A stretch of DNA of 32,000 nt. Origin: Staphylothermus hellenicus DSM 12710 (GTDB taxonomy: Archaea; Thermoproteota; Thermoprotei_A; Sulfolobales; Desulfurococcaceae). Within the stretch, counting starts at the first letter, position 1, and every line of letters begins with the position of its first letter. The notes below the pieces were generated by a model. That model was not told the DNA's origin, made no database searches, and saw only the letters and a list, made by a program, of their open reading frames with translations. The translations under genes and the position numbers were made by a program. Below, piece by piece: positions 7,286 to 15,970 of this stretch. The stretch covers positions 480,001-512,000 of the forward strand of contig NC_014205.1 in NCBI RefSeq assembly GCF_000092465.1, read 5' to 3'.

Positions 7286-7578
7286 CCTCCAATTCTTTCT
7301 ATATTGCTACTCAGAATTTACGAGGATTATTAGCAACGGTTTTATTCCCCCTTTCAATTCTTTCTAAGTTGTTACGAGATCAGACTATGAAATATTTTCT
7401 AGACCCAAGCGATTAGCCTTTCAATTCTTTCTACGTTGTTACATGACTAAGGCAGTTAATCTATTAGCAAACACAACAGTATTCCCCTTTCAATTCTTTC
7501 TGTGTTGTTACTTAACAACGGAGTAGTTCATATAGTGTTTAGCTTAAAGGTGGCTTTCAATTCTTTCTGTGTTGTTAC
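7286..7578 (-). CRISPR. orphan mini CRISPR array, 5 repeats / 4 spacers, transcribed on the minus strand
   Basis: The 25-nt repeat is CTTTCAATTCTTTCTGTGTTGTTAC. Copies at 7554..7578 and 7487..7511 are identical. Copies at 7418..7442 (CTACG variant) and 7351..7375 (CTAAG variant) each carry 2 mismatches. The copy at 7286..7310 is degenerate with 5 mismatches. Spacers are 42, 44, 42 and 40 nt and are unrelated to each other. The reverse complement, GTAACAACACAGAAAGAATTGAAAG, ends in ATTGAAAG, the canonical 8-nt crRNA 5' handle. That sets the orientation and places the leader at the high-coordinate end, where the repeats are intact. Confidence 0.85.
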
Positions 7579-7880
7579 TTCAGTTCGAATACGTTGCTAC
7601 ATTTATAGTTTTTATTCGAACCAGATATATATGCTTTTCCATACTTGATCCCTTGGTTGATCCTGTTCGAACAGCTCACTATAGGCTTAATAGTATCTCT
7701 AACCCCTTGATGGGTTTGTATAATGTAAAATATTCGACTAGTTTCTATTGAGGTTTTGTGTTGTTTTTGTGTTTATATTATTTATAATTATTTGTATATT
7801 GTTATAGTAGATATATTGAGTATTTTGTCTGATAATTTGTATAATATTGTTTGGCTTGGTGGGTAAGAAGGAATAATGTT
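7579..7880 (-). promoter_or_regulatory. putative CRISPR leader
   Basis: About 300 nt of AT-rich non-coding sequence lies between the wtpC stop and the best-conserved repeat. It contains near-repeats TTTGTATATTGTT (7791..7803) and TTTGTATAATATTGTT (7836..7851). The 7569..7751 + ORF here starts inside a repeat and is judged spurious. Confidence 0.45.
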
Positions 7881-8600
7881 TTAATATAAATGATTTATTA
7901 TTGGTTTTATTTCTTCGATGTATGGTTTTGCGTATTCTGTGTTTAGGAATTCTTTTATGGTATATTTTCCGATGAGTTTGCCTTTGTTTATATATGCTAT
8001 GTGGTCTCCTAGATCTATTGCTTCGATAATGTCGTGTGTTACGTGTATTGCTGTGAATTTTATTTTCTTTCTTAGTTCTTTGATGAAAGATCTTATTTTA
8101 ACCTTGTTTTCTGGATCAATGTTTGCAAGTGGTTCGTCTAGGAGAATTATTTTGGGTTCAACTATGAGGGCTCTTGCTAGTGCGACTCTTTGTTTTTCTC
8201 CGCCGCTGAGTGTGTCTGGTTTTCTCTCGAGTAAATGCTGGATGCCTAGAATCTTGCTGATCTCATAGATTCTTTTCTCGATAACATCCTTGTCGATACC
8301 TCTGATCATGAGTCCGAAGCCTATGTTTTCCTTAACAGTCATGTGTGGGAATAGGCCGTAGTCTTGAGGTATTAATACGAATCCTCTCTTCTCGGGTGGT
8401 AGCTCGGCTATGTTTTTATTATTTACAAGTATTTCTCCATGGAGGGGTTTATGGAATCCTGCGAGTGTGTGGAGAAATACTGTTTTTCCTACACCGCTTG
8501 GACCCATAACTATTAAGTATTCGTTATCGTTTATGCTGAGATATGGTATGCTTAGTTTAAAACTGCCTATTTCAACGTATAGGTCACGTATCTCTATCAT
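7881..8600 (-). CDS. wtpC: tungstate/molybdate ABC transporter, ATP-binding protein
   Basis: 239 aa with Walker A GPSGVGKT, signature LSGGEKQRVALARAL, Walker B ILLDEP and H-loop VTHD. Its ATG overlaps the upstream stop (ATGA at 8597..8600). Confidence 0.85.
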   Translation of the reverse strand: MIEIRDLYVEIGSFKLSIPYLSINDNEYLIVMGPSGVGKTVFLHTLAGFHKPLHGEILVNNKNIAELPPEKRGFVLIPQDYGLFPHMTVKENIGFGLMIRGIDKDVIEKRIYEISKILGIQHLLERKPDTLSGGEKQRVALARALIVEPKIILLDEPLANIDPENKVKIRSFIKELRKKIKFTAIHVTHDIIEAIDLGDHIAYINKGKLIGKYTIKEFLNTEYAKPYIEEIKPIINHLY

Positions 8601-9397
8601 TTCCTAAACAGCACCCTTATACCTATGAATGCTAGAAGCGATAATAATACGACTATTGATGATAATGCTGTTGTATATTTTAATCCATAAGTATTAAACC
8701 ATTCATAGATCAATACATTTATTGTTTTCGGATAATATGCTACAATAAGTATAGAGCCAACCTCGCTCAACGCCCGGGCCCATGAAAGCAGGAACCCAAC
8801 AATTATATTAGGTAGTAATAGAGGCAGGGTTATCTTTGCAAAAGTTACCCATCTATTTGCACCCAAACTTCTAGCAACAAGCTCTAAAGAAACACTGATC
8901 TTTTCATAACCAAGCTTTAAAGTATCAATCATTATTGGGAAAGAAACAAACAGCATAGCCGCGACAATTCCCCAGAAGCTATTCTCTACAGAAAACCCTA
9001 AAACACGGGGTAGATCATCAAATAATCCATTATGTCCATAAGCTAGTAGAATCATTATTCCAACAATCGTGTGTGGAATCATTAATGGAACATCTATAAG
9101 CCCCTCAACTAATTGTTTCCCCCTAAAACTATAGCGAGCCAATAAATAACCCGTAGGAATACCTATGACTAAAAGTATTAGTGTAGAAGTTATCGATGCT
9201 TGAATAGTCAATAACAATGCTGGATATGCTTGGCGAGAAAACACATTATCTTGTAGCCATACCTGGGAAAATGTTTCTGGATCAACACTTATGAATAAAG
9301 CAATTATTGGTGATAAAATAAGTAAAATACCTAAAGAAGACACAGCTATAAAGACTAATAAAAAACCCTCAATTCTCCTAAGACCCTGAACCAACAA
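8597..9397 (-). CDS. wtpB: tungstate/molybdate ABC transporter, permease
   Basis: 266 aa, a multi-helix BPD-type permease. It contains an EAA-like loop region (ELVARSLGANRWVTFAKITLPLL). It overlaps wtpA by 20 nt and wtpC by 4 nt. Confidence 0.8.
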   Translation of the reverse strand: MLVQGLRRIEGFLLVFIAVSSLGILLILSPIIALFISVDPETFSQVWLQDNVFSRQAYPALLLTIQASITSTLILLVIGIPTGYLLARYSFRGKQLVEGLIDVPLMIPHTIVGIMILLAYGHNGLFDDLPRVLGFSVENSFWGIVAAMLFVSFPIMIDTLKLGYEKISVSLELVARSLGANRWVTFAKITLPLLLPNIIVGFLLSWARALSEVGSILIVAYYPKTINVLIYEWFNTYGLKYTTALSSIVVLLSLLAFIGIRVLFRK

Positions 9398-10418
9398 TGC
9401 TACCTAACTCCTCCGGAACCTCTCCATAAACTATAAACTTCTCGAGATATGGCTGACCATTTTCCTCGAAGATTTCTCTACCAGTATAACCTAGTAGGAA
9501 TTCTAGAAACTTTAAAGCTTCACTCCTATTTGGCGCATTATCGAGAACTGTAACACCATATATTATTGGAGACATTGCCAAAGATTTTTCCTTATCAGTT
9601 CCAACAAGTATTTTTACAATAACTTTTCCATAGAAATCACCATATTCTGGATTACCTAGGTTTATTTGATCAGGTAGCCTAATATATTTTAAGTGATGCT
9701 GGACAGCAACACTTAGATATTCAAATGCGTAATCAATTGTTCCAGCTTCAACAAGCGATATTAAATCAACACTTTTAGATCTAATAATTAAATTACTATT
9801 CTCTCTAACCCTTAGATCAGCTGGGACAATTAAGTCTAAGGTATCATTAACTCTCTCCACTTCAATATTTGTTTTGTTAAGCAGTAAGTTCTCAAGAATG
9901 CTTGTATCATTATAATATATTGATGCCAAACCAATTATGCCTACCGAGCGATAACCGCATGGATCCTTGTTTGGATCAGAAAAGCCCCATTTCACATTGT
10001 TTCTCATCAAGATCCTGTACCATTCACTTGGATTATTTTCTAGTATTTCATGGTATTTTGATTTATCAGTATATATAAGCACTACTTGGTTTGTTGCAAA
10101 TCCTATATACCAACTAGTATGGTTTGGGACTAGGAATTTTGGAATAAGTCTATAATCAGCTACTGCGATAATATCGGCTTCTCTCCCAAGATCGGTTACT
10201 TTACGAATAGCTTCAACACTGCCACTGGCTTCAATATATATGTTTACCCCATACTTTTCCCTATACTTTGAAGCCGTCTCATCTAATGGTATTTTCAGTG
10301 AACCAGCAGTAAATATTATGATTTTAGAGGTATTGGCGGTGTGTGCATAGTAGTAGTATCCGGTGAGCGATGCTATGATTAGAACAATGATTATTATTGA
10401 TGTTTTTAGCTTATCCAT
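9378..10418 (-). CDS. wtpA: tungstate/molybdate-binding protein (extracytoplasmic solute-binding component)
   Basis: 346 aa with an N-terminal membrane anchor. Long stretches match my memory of Pyrococcus furiosus WtpA: FTAGSLKIPLDE, EASGSVEAIRKVTDLGREADIIAVADYRLIP, WGFSDPNKDPCGYRS, PIIYGVTVLDNAPNR. Confidence 0.85.
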   Translation of the reverse strand: MDKLKTSIIIIVLIIASLTGYYYYAHTANTSKIIIFTAGSLKIPLDETASKYREKYGVNIYIEASGSVEAIRKVTDLGREADIIAVADYRLIPKFLVPNHTSWYIGFATNQVVLIYTDKSKYHEILENNPSEWYRILMRNNVKWGFSDPNKDPCGYRSVGIIGLASIYYNDTSILENLLLNKTNIEVERVNDTLDLIVPADLRVRENSNLIIRSKSVDLISLVEAGTIDYAFEYLSVAVQHHLKYIRLPDQINLGNPEYGDFYGKVIVKILVGTDKEKSLAMSPIIYGVTVLDNAPNRSEALKFLEFLLGYTGREIFEENGQPYLEKFIVYGEVPEELGSIVGSGS

Positions 10419-10435
10419 GTAGATCGCCGACTTAT

Positions 10436-10459
10436 TAATTATCGGATATCCGATAATTA
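10436..10459. promoter_or_regulatory. perfect 24-nt palindrome in the wtpA promoter; candidate operator of the adjacent ModE-type regulator
   Basis: TAATTATCGGATATCCGATAATTA is self-complementary over all 24 positions (checked base by base). It lies 18-41 nt upstream of the wtpA ATG (10418). A TATA-like TTTTTATATTTC box (minus strand, 10474..10485) lies between the palindrome and the stop of the upstream regulator gene (10492). Confidence 0.5.
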
Positions 10460-10491
10460 GGCCTACTAATAATGAAATATAAAAATCTTAC

Positions 10492-11550
10492 TTAGAAAAA
10501 CAATACTTCGCCAATGTTCTCAGGTACTTTGTAGCCAGGCATGCTTTTTATTTTTTCAATAAATTCTTTCGACTTAATTGTTTCTGTTAGGTCTTTATAG
10601 AATTTGTTTTCTATCTTGTCCCTTCTAATAACTATGTCGAAGTTCTCCCATTTAATATGTTTGAAGTATAGGTTGTATGCTTTGGCAGCCCATTCAATAC
10701 CTATTCCTATATCTGCTTTACCTGTGGAAACTTGTTCAGCGACTTCTAAGTGAGTATATGCTATGTTCTTGTATCCTTTAATCCTCGACCTAATAATGTC
10801 TATTTTGGTATTCCTTTTCTCAGCTTCACGTTTTAGGATATATTCTAGTAATTGCCTACTACCAGATCCCTCGTTTCTATTTATAAGCCTATATGTTCCG
10901 TTGACGAGTTTTTCGATGATCTCTTCATAAGTAGTTTTAGATCGTGTTATAAAACCTATACTTCTAAGCCAGCCTCTTATCAGTGCTAAACTTGTTGAAC
11001 CACCATATTTCTCTATAAACGATACATTGTATTCGCCAGTATCGGGATCTAGTAGGTGTGTGCCGGAGAAGTCTGCTTCACCAAGTATTATGGATGATAA
11101 ACCCTTTAATGAGCCGATCCAGTGTACTTCGACAACGTATCCTTTATCTCTCAATAAACCCGTTAAATAATTTATTAGGATATCGTGGCTTCCAGCATAC
11201 ACGTATATTTTCTGTAAAGCCCCGGGTTTACGGGGTATTTCTACATGGAACTCCCTATGAAAATATTTTTTATAAGCAGAAATGTATCTCTCCAACAAAT
11301 CCAGGCCAACACTTGTTAGAGTTGCACCGCCTCTAGCACCACGATGCTTTTCAACAACCCGCCTACCCAGGATATTCTCTATTCTCGTCAACATATCCCA
11401 AGCACTACTATATGATAACCCTAATACGCGGCTAGCAGACAATATCGAGCCTAAACGATTAATTAAATATAATAGCTTAGCAGATAACTCATCCAACACC
11501 ACGTATCCATCCAGAACAAGTTTAAGCTCCAAATATTCTCTCAAATCCAT
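10492..11550 (-). CDS. molybdate/tungstate-responsive transcriptional regulator candidate: ModE-type N-terminal HTH fused to a periplasmic-binding-protein-like domain
   Basis: 352 aa. The N-terminus (LINRLGSILSASRVLGLSYSSAWDMLTRIENILGRRVVEKHRGARGGATLTSVGLDLL) closely follows the ModE N-terminal HTH pattern (SxxxAAxxLGxSYxxAWxxI..............GGxxGGGAxLTxxG). The remaining ~250 aa look like a PBP-type ligand-binding fold. It lies directly upstream of wtpABC. Confidence 0.75.
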   Translation of the reverse strand: MDLREYLELKLVLDGYVVLDELSAKLLYLINRLGSILSASRVLGLSYSSAWDMLTRIENILGRRVVEKHRGARGGATLTSVGLDLLERYISAYKKYFHREFHVEIPRKPGALQKIYVYAGSHDILINYLTGLLRDKGYVVEVHWIGSLKGLSSIILGEADFSGTHLLDPDTGEYNVSFIEKYGGSTSLALIRGWLRSIGFITRSKTTYEEIIEKLVNGTYRLINRNEGSGSRQLLEYILKREAEKRNTKIDIIRSRIKGYKNIAYTHLEVAEQVSTGKADIGIGIEWAAKAYNLYFKHIKWENFDIVIRRDKIENKFYKDLTETIKSKEFIEKIKSMPGYKVPENIGEVLFF

Positions 11551-11765
11551 TAGTAAACACCGCTGGTTTTATGGAAAACCATGCGTCGATTACTTTATAT
11601 GGATATTCAAAGTATAAAAAATAAGGAATAAGTGAGAATCTTTAGGTTTTTCAAAACTAGTTATAAGATGTTTGGGATCATTCATTATTATGTATAGTAT
11701 TATAATATTATAAGGAATAATAAATGAAGAAGAAATAGAAAAATAAAAAATAGGTAAAAACTATT

Positions 11766-12821
11766 TTACTTTAATCCATACATTGTTAATGCTAGGACTG
11801 CTGCTTTTGTCCATAACCCGTTTTCTGCTTGTTTATATATTATTGATCTCTTGGGATCATCTATGACGTCATCGTCTGCTTCATAGTTTCTCATTATGGG
11901 TAGTACATGCATTAATACGCCGTGTTTATCCATTTTATCGAATAGTTCGCGTGTTACTTTCCAGTCCTTGTATTTCTCATATATTCTTAGTTCTTCATCT
12001 TTAAACCTGCTATATCCTAGCTGGACTAGTTTTGGCGAAGCCCAGTTTCTCGGGAATACTGCGTGTGCTCCTTCTAGTGCTTCTTTATAGTTGTCTGTGA
12101 ATTCGAGTGATCCACCGTTTTCTTTAGCTAGCTGTTTTGCTTTCTCAACTAGTTTAGGATCTAGGTCGAAGCCTGGTGGGCGAGCAACTACTACGTCTAC
12201 TCCGAATCTTGGGAAGAGGATCATGTCTTCTTGTACACTGCACCATCCACGTATTTCTGGGCTATAAGCCCACATTATAACGTATTTCTTACCTTCAACT
12301 TTCCCGAATCTCTCCTTGAACGTGTATAGGTCTGCTAATCCTTGTGTTGGATGAAACAGGTCGTCAGCCATGTTTATTACGGGGGCATTTGCTGCTTTCG
12401 CTATTTCTCTTATATAGCTGTTTCCGCGTCCATAAATATAATCGATTGCTTTATCAAGTATACGAACACCTATTCCATGACCGTATCTCTCATACATTAC
12501 TGCAACATCCTTTACTGCTTCGCCAACTTTTTCCTCCTTACCCCAAGCCATACGAGTTGTTTTAGCCTCAATATATGCTGCATGTCCTCCTAGATAATGC
12601 ATTGCTGCCTCAAATGCTGCTCTCGTCCTCGTTGATGGCGCGAAGAACAGCATGAAGAACACTTTTCGCTCAAGGATCTTGGGTATAGCTTCTACGCCGT
12701 AATAGTGAGCTGTCCACTTGAGTTCTTCGGCGAGTTTCAATGCGATCTCTAGTTCTTCATTGCTCCAATCCAGTGTAGATATTAGATCCTTTCCACTAAG
12801 ATCTCTTACGAGATGCCTCAA
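11766..12821 (-). CDS. carbamoyltransferase of the ATCase/OTCase superfamily, YgeW-like
   Basis: 351 aa. It has the carbamoyl-phosphate motifs STRTR (FFAPSTRTRAAFE) and HPTQ (FHPTQGLADL), and HVLP in place of HCLP. The central block KKYVIMWAYSPEIRGWCSVQEDMILFPRFGVDVVVARPPGFDL resembles the WAYSP region of E. coli YgeW as I remember it, rather than the canonical OTCase/ATCase second-substrate motifs. Confidence 0.7.
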   Translation of the reverse strand: MRHLVRDLSGKDLISTLDWSNEELEIALKLAEELKWTAHYYGVEAIPKILERKVFFMLFFAPSTRTRAAFEAAMHYLGGHAAYIEAKTTRMAWGKEEKVGEAVKDVAVMYERYGHGIGVRILDKAIDYIYGRGNSYIREIAKAANAPVINMADDLFHPTQGLADLYTFKERFGKVEGKKYVIMWAYSPEIRGWCSVQEDMILFPRFGVDVVVARPPGFDLDPKLVEKAKQLAKENGGSLEFTDNYKEALEGAHAVFPRNWASPKLVQLGYSRFKDEELRIYEKYKDWKVTRELFDKMDKHGVLMHVLPIMRNYEADDDVIDDPKRSIIYKQAENGLWTKAAVLALTMYGLK

Positions 12822-12933
12822 GCACCTATCACCCCTGAAGACTATGTGTTGCGGCTTAAATGTATTATAGGTTGTTCAAGAATAAAAAGGATAGTATCTT
12901 TGTATTAAATGGTATTTGTTCGGATGAATTCTC

Positions 12934-13287
12934 CTATGCTAGCTTTACAGCGGTTGTATATGATCCCAGTATAACTGCTTGGAACCATAGTAGAATAAAT
13001 AAGTAGCCTAGATCAATCATGCCAATATGATCAATGAATAACCATGCTATTCCAATAATGTATGCAACCACGGTGACCACGCCATGCATTATCCCTGCTT
13101 CTCTAGCCCTACTATTTGTAGTTCCACTTATTTTCATCCACTTGGTTGCAAGAGGGAGCCAATCAAAGAATGCAGCTAATATGAATAACCATTTTATATC
13201 GTAGAAGACCGCTGTTATAAATAGTGATCCGGCAACAGCTACACATAACAATGTTTTCAATATATTGGATAGTTCAGATCCGGCCAT
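12934..13287 (-). CDS. small integral membrane protein (unknown function)
   Basis: 117 aa with four hydrophobic helices. It occupies an otherwise empty gap, and no family is recognised. Confidence 0.5.
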   Translation of the reverse strand: MAGSELSNILKTLLCVAVAGSLFITAVFYDIKWLFILAAFFDWLPLATKWMKISGTTNSRAREAGIMHGVVTVVAYIIGIAWLFIDHIGMIDLGYLFILLWFQAVILGSYTTAVKLA

Positions 13288-13417
13288 GGCGTTTTTACCT
13301 TCTTGGAAATAACTTAAAGTATGGTATCCTTAAGATAGGGTAATATAGTAGTATAACTTATATTTTTACGTGTCATGATAGGTTTCTTAGCTATCCATAA
13401 AGATTCGGTGTTCAGGA

Positions 13418-14644
13418 ATGACGTCCCCAACTCTAAAATTCAGAAGCATTATACCCTATATGAGAGGAGAAGGAGGATTCGCATTTATTGCTAGAGGAAG
13501 AGAACTAGCTTCTAAGGGGCATCACGTAGTAAATCTAAGTATTGGACAACCAGATGTTCCCACGCCTGATAATGTTATTGAATCAGCTGTTCACTGGTTA
13601 AGAGATAAAAAATATACTGCTTATACCGAGACACCGGGTATACCGGAGCTTAGACAAGCGGTTGCGGATTATTTGAATGAGAGATATGGTAGTGATGTTG
13701 ATTGGAGAGAAGTAGTAGTGACTCCTGGAACTAAGGGAGCTATTTTCCTATCACTAGCTACTTATCTTGATCCAGGCGATGAAATAATTGTTCCAGAACC
13801 ATCGTATCCCGCTTATCCGGAGGGAGCCAAGATACTTAATGCCAAAGCCAGATTTGTGCCTCTACGCTTCGAGGGAAGTGATAAGGGATTCAAACTAGAC
13901 ATGGAAGCCATAGAGGAAGCTATAACTCCTAAAACAAAAATGATCGTTGTAAATAATCCACATAATCCTAGCGGAGCAGTTTTTACACCTAGAGAAATAG
14001 ATGAACTAGTAGATATTGCTAGAGAACACAAAATAATGATTCTCGCAGACGAGATATATGATAACTACGTATATGATGGAAGCTTTAAATCCTTAATATC
14101 CTATCCTGACTGGAGAGAATTCCTAGTATACACGAATGGTTTCTCAAAAACATTCTCCATGACCGGTTGGCGTCTAGGATACATTGTAGTGCGTAGAGAA
14201 GTTGCTGAAATACTGAGTAAGCTAGCAGTAAATATTTGGGGATGCCCAACAAGTTTCGCGCAAAAAGCAGCGGTTACAGCACTAAAAGACCCTGATACAT
14301 GGAAGTGGGTTGAAAAAATAAGTAAGAGATATGCTGAGATGAGAACACTTCTATATAATGAGCTTCAAGGAATAGAGGGTGTAGAAGCCTGGAAAAGCCG
14401 TGGAGCATTCTATTTATTCCCAAGAATAAGTAGTTTACTGAACAAGGTAAACATGAATGTAGATGAGTTCGTAAACTACATAATAGATAATTATTACTTA
14501 ATAATACTTCCAGGAACAGCCTTCCCGGACACAGCTGGAAAAGACTATGTTAGATTCAGCTTTGCAACAAGCAGAGAGGCAATACTGGAGGGAGCTAAGA
14601 GGTTTAGAGAAGCAGTTGAAGATCTCCTCTCAAAACAGTCTTGA
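13418..14644 (+). CDS. pyridoxal-phosphate-dependent aminotransferase, class I (aspartate aminotransferase-like)
   Basis: 408 aa. It has NPHNPSG, and the PLP-lysine block FSKTFSMTGWRLGY fits the SKxxxMTGWRxGY consensus. It also has the C-terminal VRFSF motif. Confidence 0.85.
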   Translation: MTSPTLKFRSIIPYMRGEGGFAFIARGRELASKGHHVVNLSIGQPDVPTPDNVIESAVHWLRDKKYTAYTETPGIPELRQAVADYLNERYGSDVDWREVVVTPGTKGAIFLSLATYLDPGDEIIVPEPSYPAYPEGAKILNAKARFVPLRFEGSDKGFKLDMEAIEEAITPKTKMIVVNNPHNPSGAVFTPREIDELVDIAREHKIMILADEIYDNYVYDGSFKSLISYPDWREFLVYTNGFSKTFSMTGWRLGYIVVRREVAEILSKLAVNIWGCPTSFAQKAAVTALKDPDTWKWVEKISKRYAEMRTLLYNELQGIEGVEAWKSRGAFYLFPRISSLLNKVNMNVDEFVNYIIDNYYLIILPGTAFPDTAGKDYVRFSFATSREAILEGAKRFREAVEDLLSKQS

Positions 14645-14721
14645 ATAAATTAAAAATTATAATCTATATTTTTGCCGCCAGAATCTTAAGCCTTTAAAAC
14701 ATAGTTATTCAAAACATGTTT

Positions 14722-15609
14722 TTAGCGGTAATTGTGAAAATATGCAACATAGTATTCTTTAATGCCGCCAATAGTTTTAGCGACTGGTTCACATTTAGGA
14801 ATAAGTAGGTGAGCTATTGGTTTTTCTAATTCTATACCGCTTATGTATTCATAGTGAGCCATGCCCTTAGCTATTATTAGATCGGCTTCTTTAAGGTATT
14901 TTTTGAATTGTTCTGATACTTTATTTAGATGTATGCTTGAACCATTATAGCCTGTTGAAATTATTTCATCGAATACTTTATCTAGTCCAGCATAATATGC
15001 ATCGCTCATTGTTAAATCGTTTTGGAAACCAGGATCTTCCTTTGCAACACCTATTACTTTGTTTCCATAGTTCTGCAGTATTTCCACAAGCAATGTATCT
15101 AGAACTGATTCACCCGCATTATCAAATAACCACAGGATCTTCTTTCCTCCTGCCCGTATATAATCATATATTTCACGAGTATGATCTATTATTAATGGTG
15201 TAGAAAGTATTCGATCAACCGAGATCTTATCCGGCGGCTCATATCCTGCTACTCCAGTATCTAATGCATTACCCGCTATGGAGATCTTTGTTGCAAACCT
15301 GAATTTCTCGTATCCCTCGAGTTTTTCGAGGAAAGACTTATACTCTCCAATGTTCTCCCATGCCCTACTTATTGCTTTCTTTTTTAAATCCTTATAATAA
15401 TCTACTATCTCTGGTGCAAGACTTATTAGTTTATTAAATATGTTTGTAGCTATAATGGTTAATTCATTATTTCTAGTAAACTCCTCATATGCCACTTTTA
15501 ATAGTTGTATTTGCAGCTTAATTGTTCTTTCATGATCTCTTATGCTATTCATTATTTCACGTAATCTAACAGATACTATGCATTGAACACATGGGGCATG
15601 TGGCTTCAT
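14722..15609 (-). CDS. DUF89 family protein (ARMT1-like damage-control phosphatase fold)
   Basis: 295 aa. It has N-terminal CVQCI, a central AGNALD, the metal-site block LWLFDNAGESVLD, and AKGMAHYEY plus KCEPVAK near the C-terminus. This is the characteristic motif order of archaeal DUF89 proteins. Confidence 0.75.
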   Translation of the reverse strand: MKPHAPCVQCIVSVRLREIMNSIRDHERTIKLQIQLLKVAYEEFTRNNELTIIATNIFNKLISLAPEIVDYYKDLKKKAISRAWENIGEYKSFLEKLEGYEKFRFATKISIAGNALDTGVAGYEPPDKISVDRILSTPLIIDHTREIYDYIRAGGKKILWLFDNAGESVLDTLLVEILQNYGNKVIGVAKEDPGFQNDLTMSDAYYAGLDKVFDEIISTGYNGSSIHLNKVSEQFKKYLKEADLIIAKGMAHYEYISGIELEKPIAHLLIPKCEPVAKTIGGIKEYYVAYFHNYR

Positions 15610-15772
15610 AGATAAGCACCTGCTTAGTTTTTAATTTTAATTATTCGATAAAATTTTATAGACACTGTACCATATTATGATACAATATATTTAAATTATC
15701 ACCAAGCCCCCATTAAATAGGGGGTGTATGTTTTATGAATAGAAAAGGAAAACCCGTGCAGAAGCTTTAGTT

Positions 15773-15970
15773 ATGCCTGGAATAGTTTATGAGCCCACTC
15801 TACTATGATCCCGGGAAAACGAGTTTACAGCCGCACTTACTAAGTCTTAGGAGGCAAAATAAGAGCCATACTGTTTGGGTTTTTCACTTGAGAAGAGATG
15901 CTAAGTTTCATGATGGAACACATGTTACTGCTAAGCTATAAAATTCGGTTTCCTGCGGAAAAAGCAATAA
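15773..15970 (+). pseudogene. short frameshifted remnant of a family-5 (oligopeptide/dipeptide) ABC solute-binding protein
   Basis: Three pieces lie in three frames. MPGIVYEPTLL* is at 15773..15808. YDPGKTSLQPHLLKSLRRQNKSHTVWVFHLRRDAKFHDGTHVTAKL* is at 15804..15941. AIKFGFLRKKQ* is at 15935..15970. Joined, they reproduce the conserved N-terminal signature of SBP_bac_5 proteins (..YEpLv.YD.....l.P.LAesW......t..F.LR.gvKFHDGtp.TAeDVkFsfer). Only about 70 of an expected several hundred residues survive. Confidence 0.55.

Noticed and set aside
7103-7751. + strand ORFs 7103..7333 (76 aa) and 7569..7751 (60 aa)
   Set aside because: Each runs into or out of a CRISPR repeat and consists of low-complexity Asn/Ile/Thr-rich sequence. 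They are better explained as the array trailer and leader.
7918-8607. + strand ORFs 7918..8268 and 8410..8607
   Set aside because: They are antisense to wtpC, which has complete Walker A/B, signature and H-loop motifs.
7286-11550. Searched for cas genes next to the CRISPR array
   Set aside because: The flanking genes are clearly a PDCD5-like protein on one side and wtpCBA plus regulator on the other. No Cas-like motifs appear anywhere in the 32 kb.
11058-12593. + strand ORFs 11058..11336, 11282..11617, 11896..12090, 12342..12593 and 12344..12565
   Set aside because: They are antisense shadows of the ModE-type regulator and the carbamoyltransferase genes.
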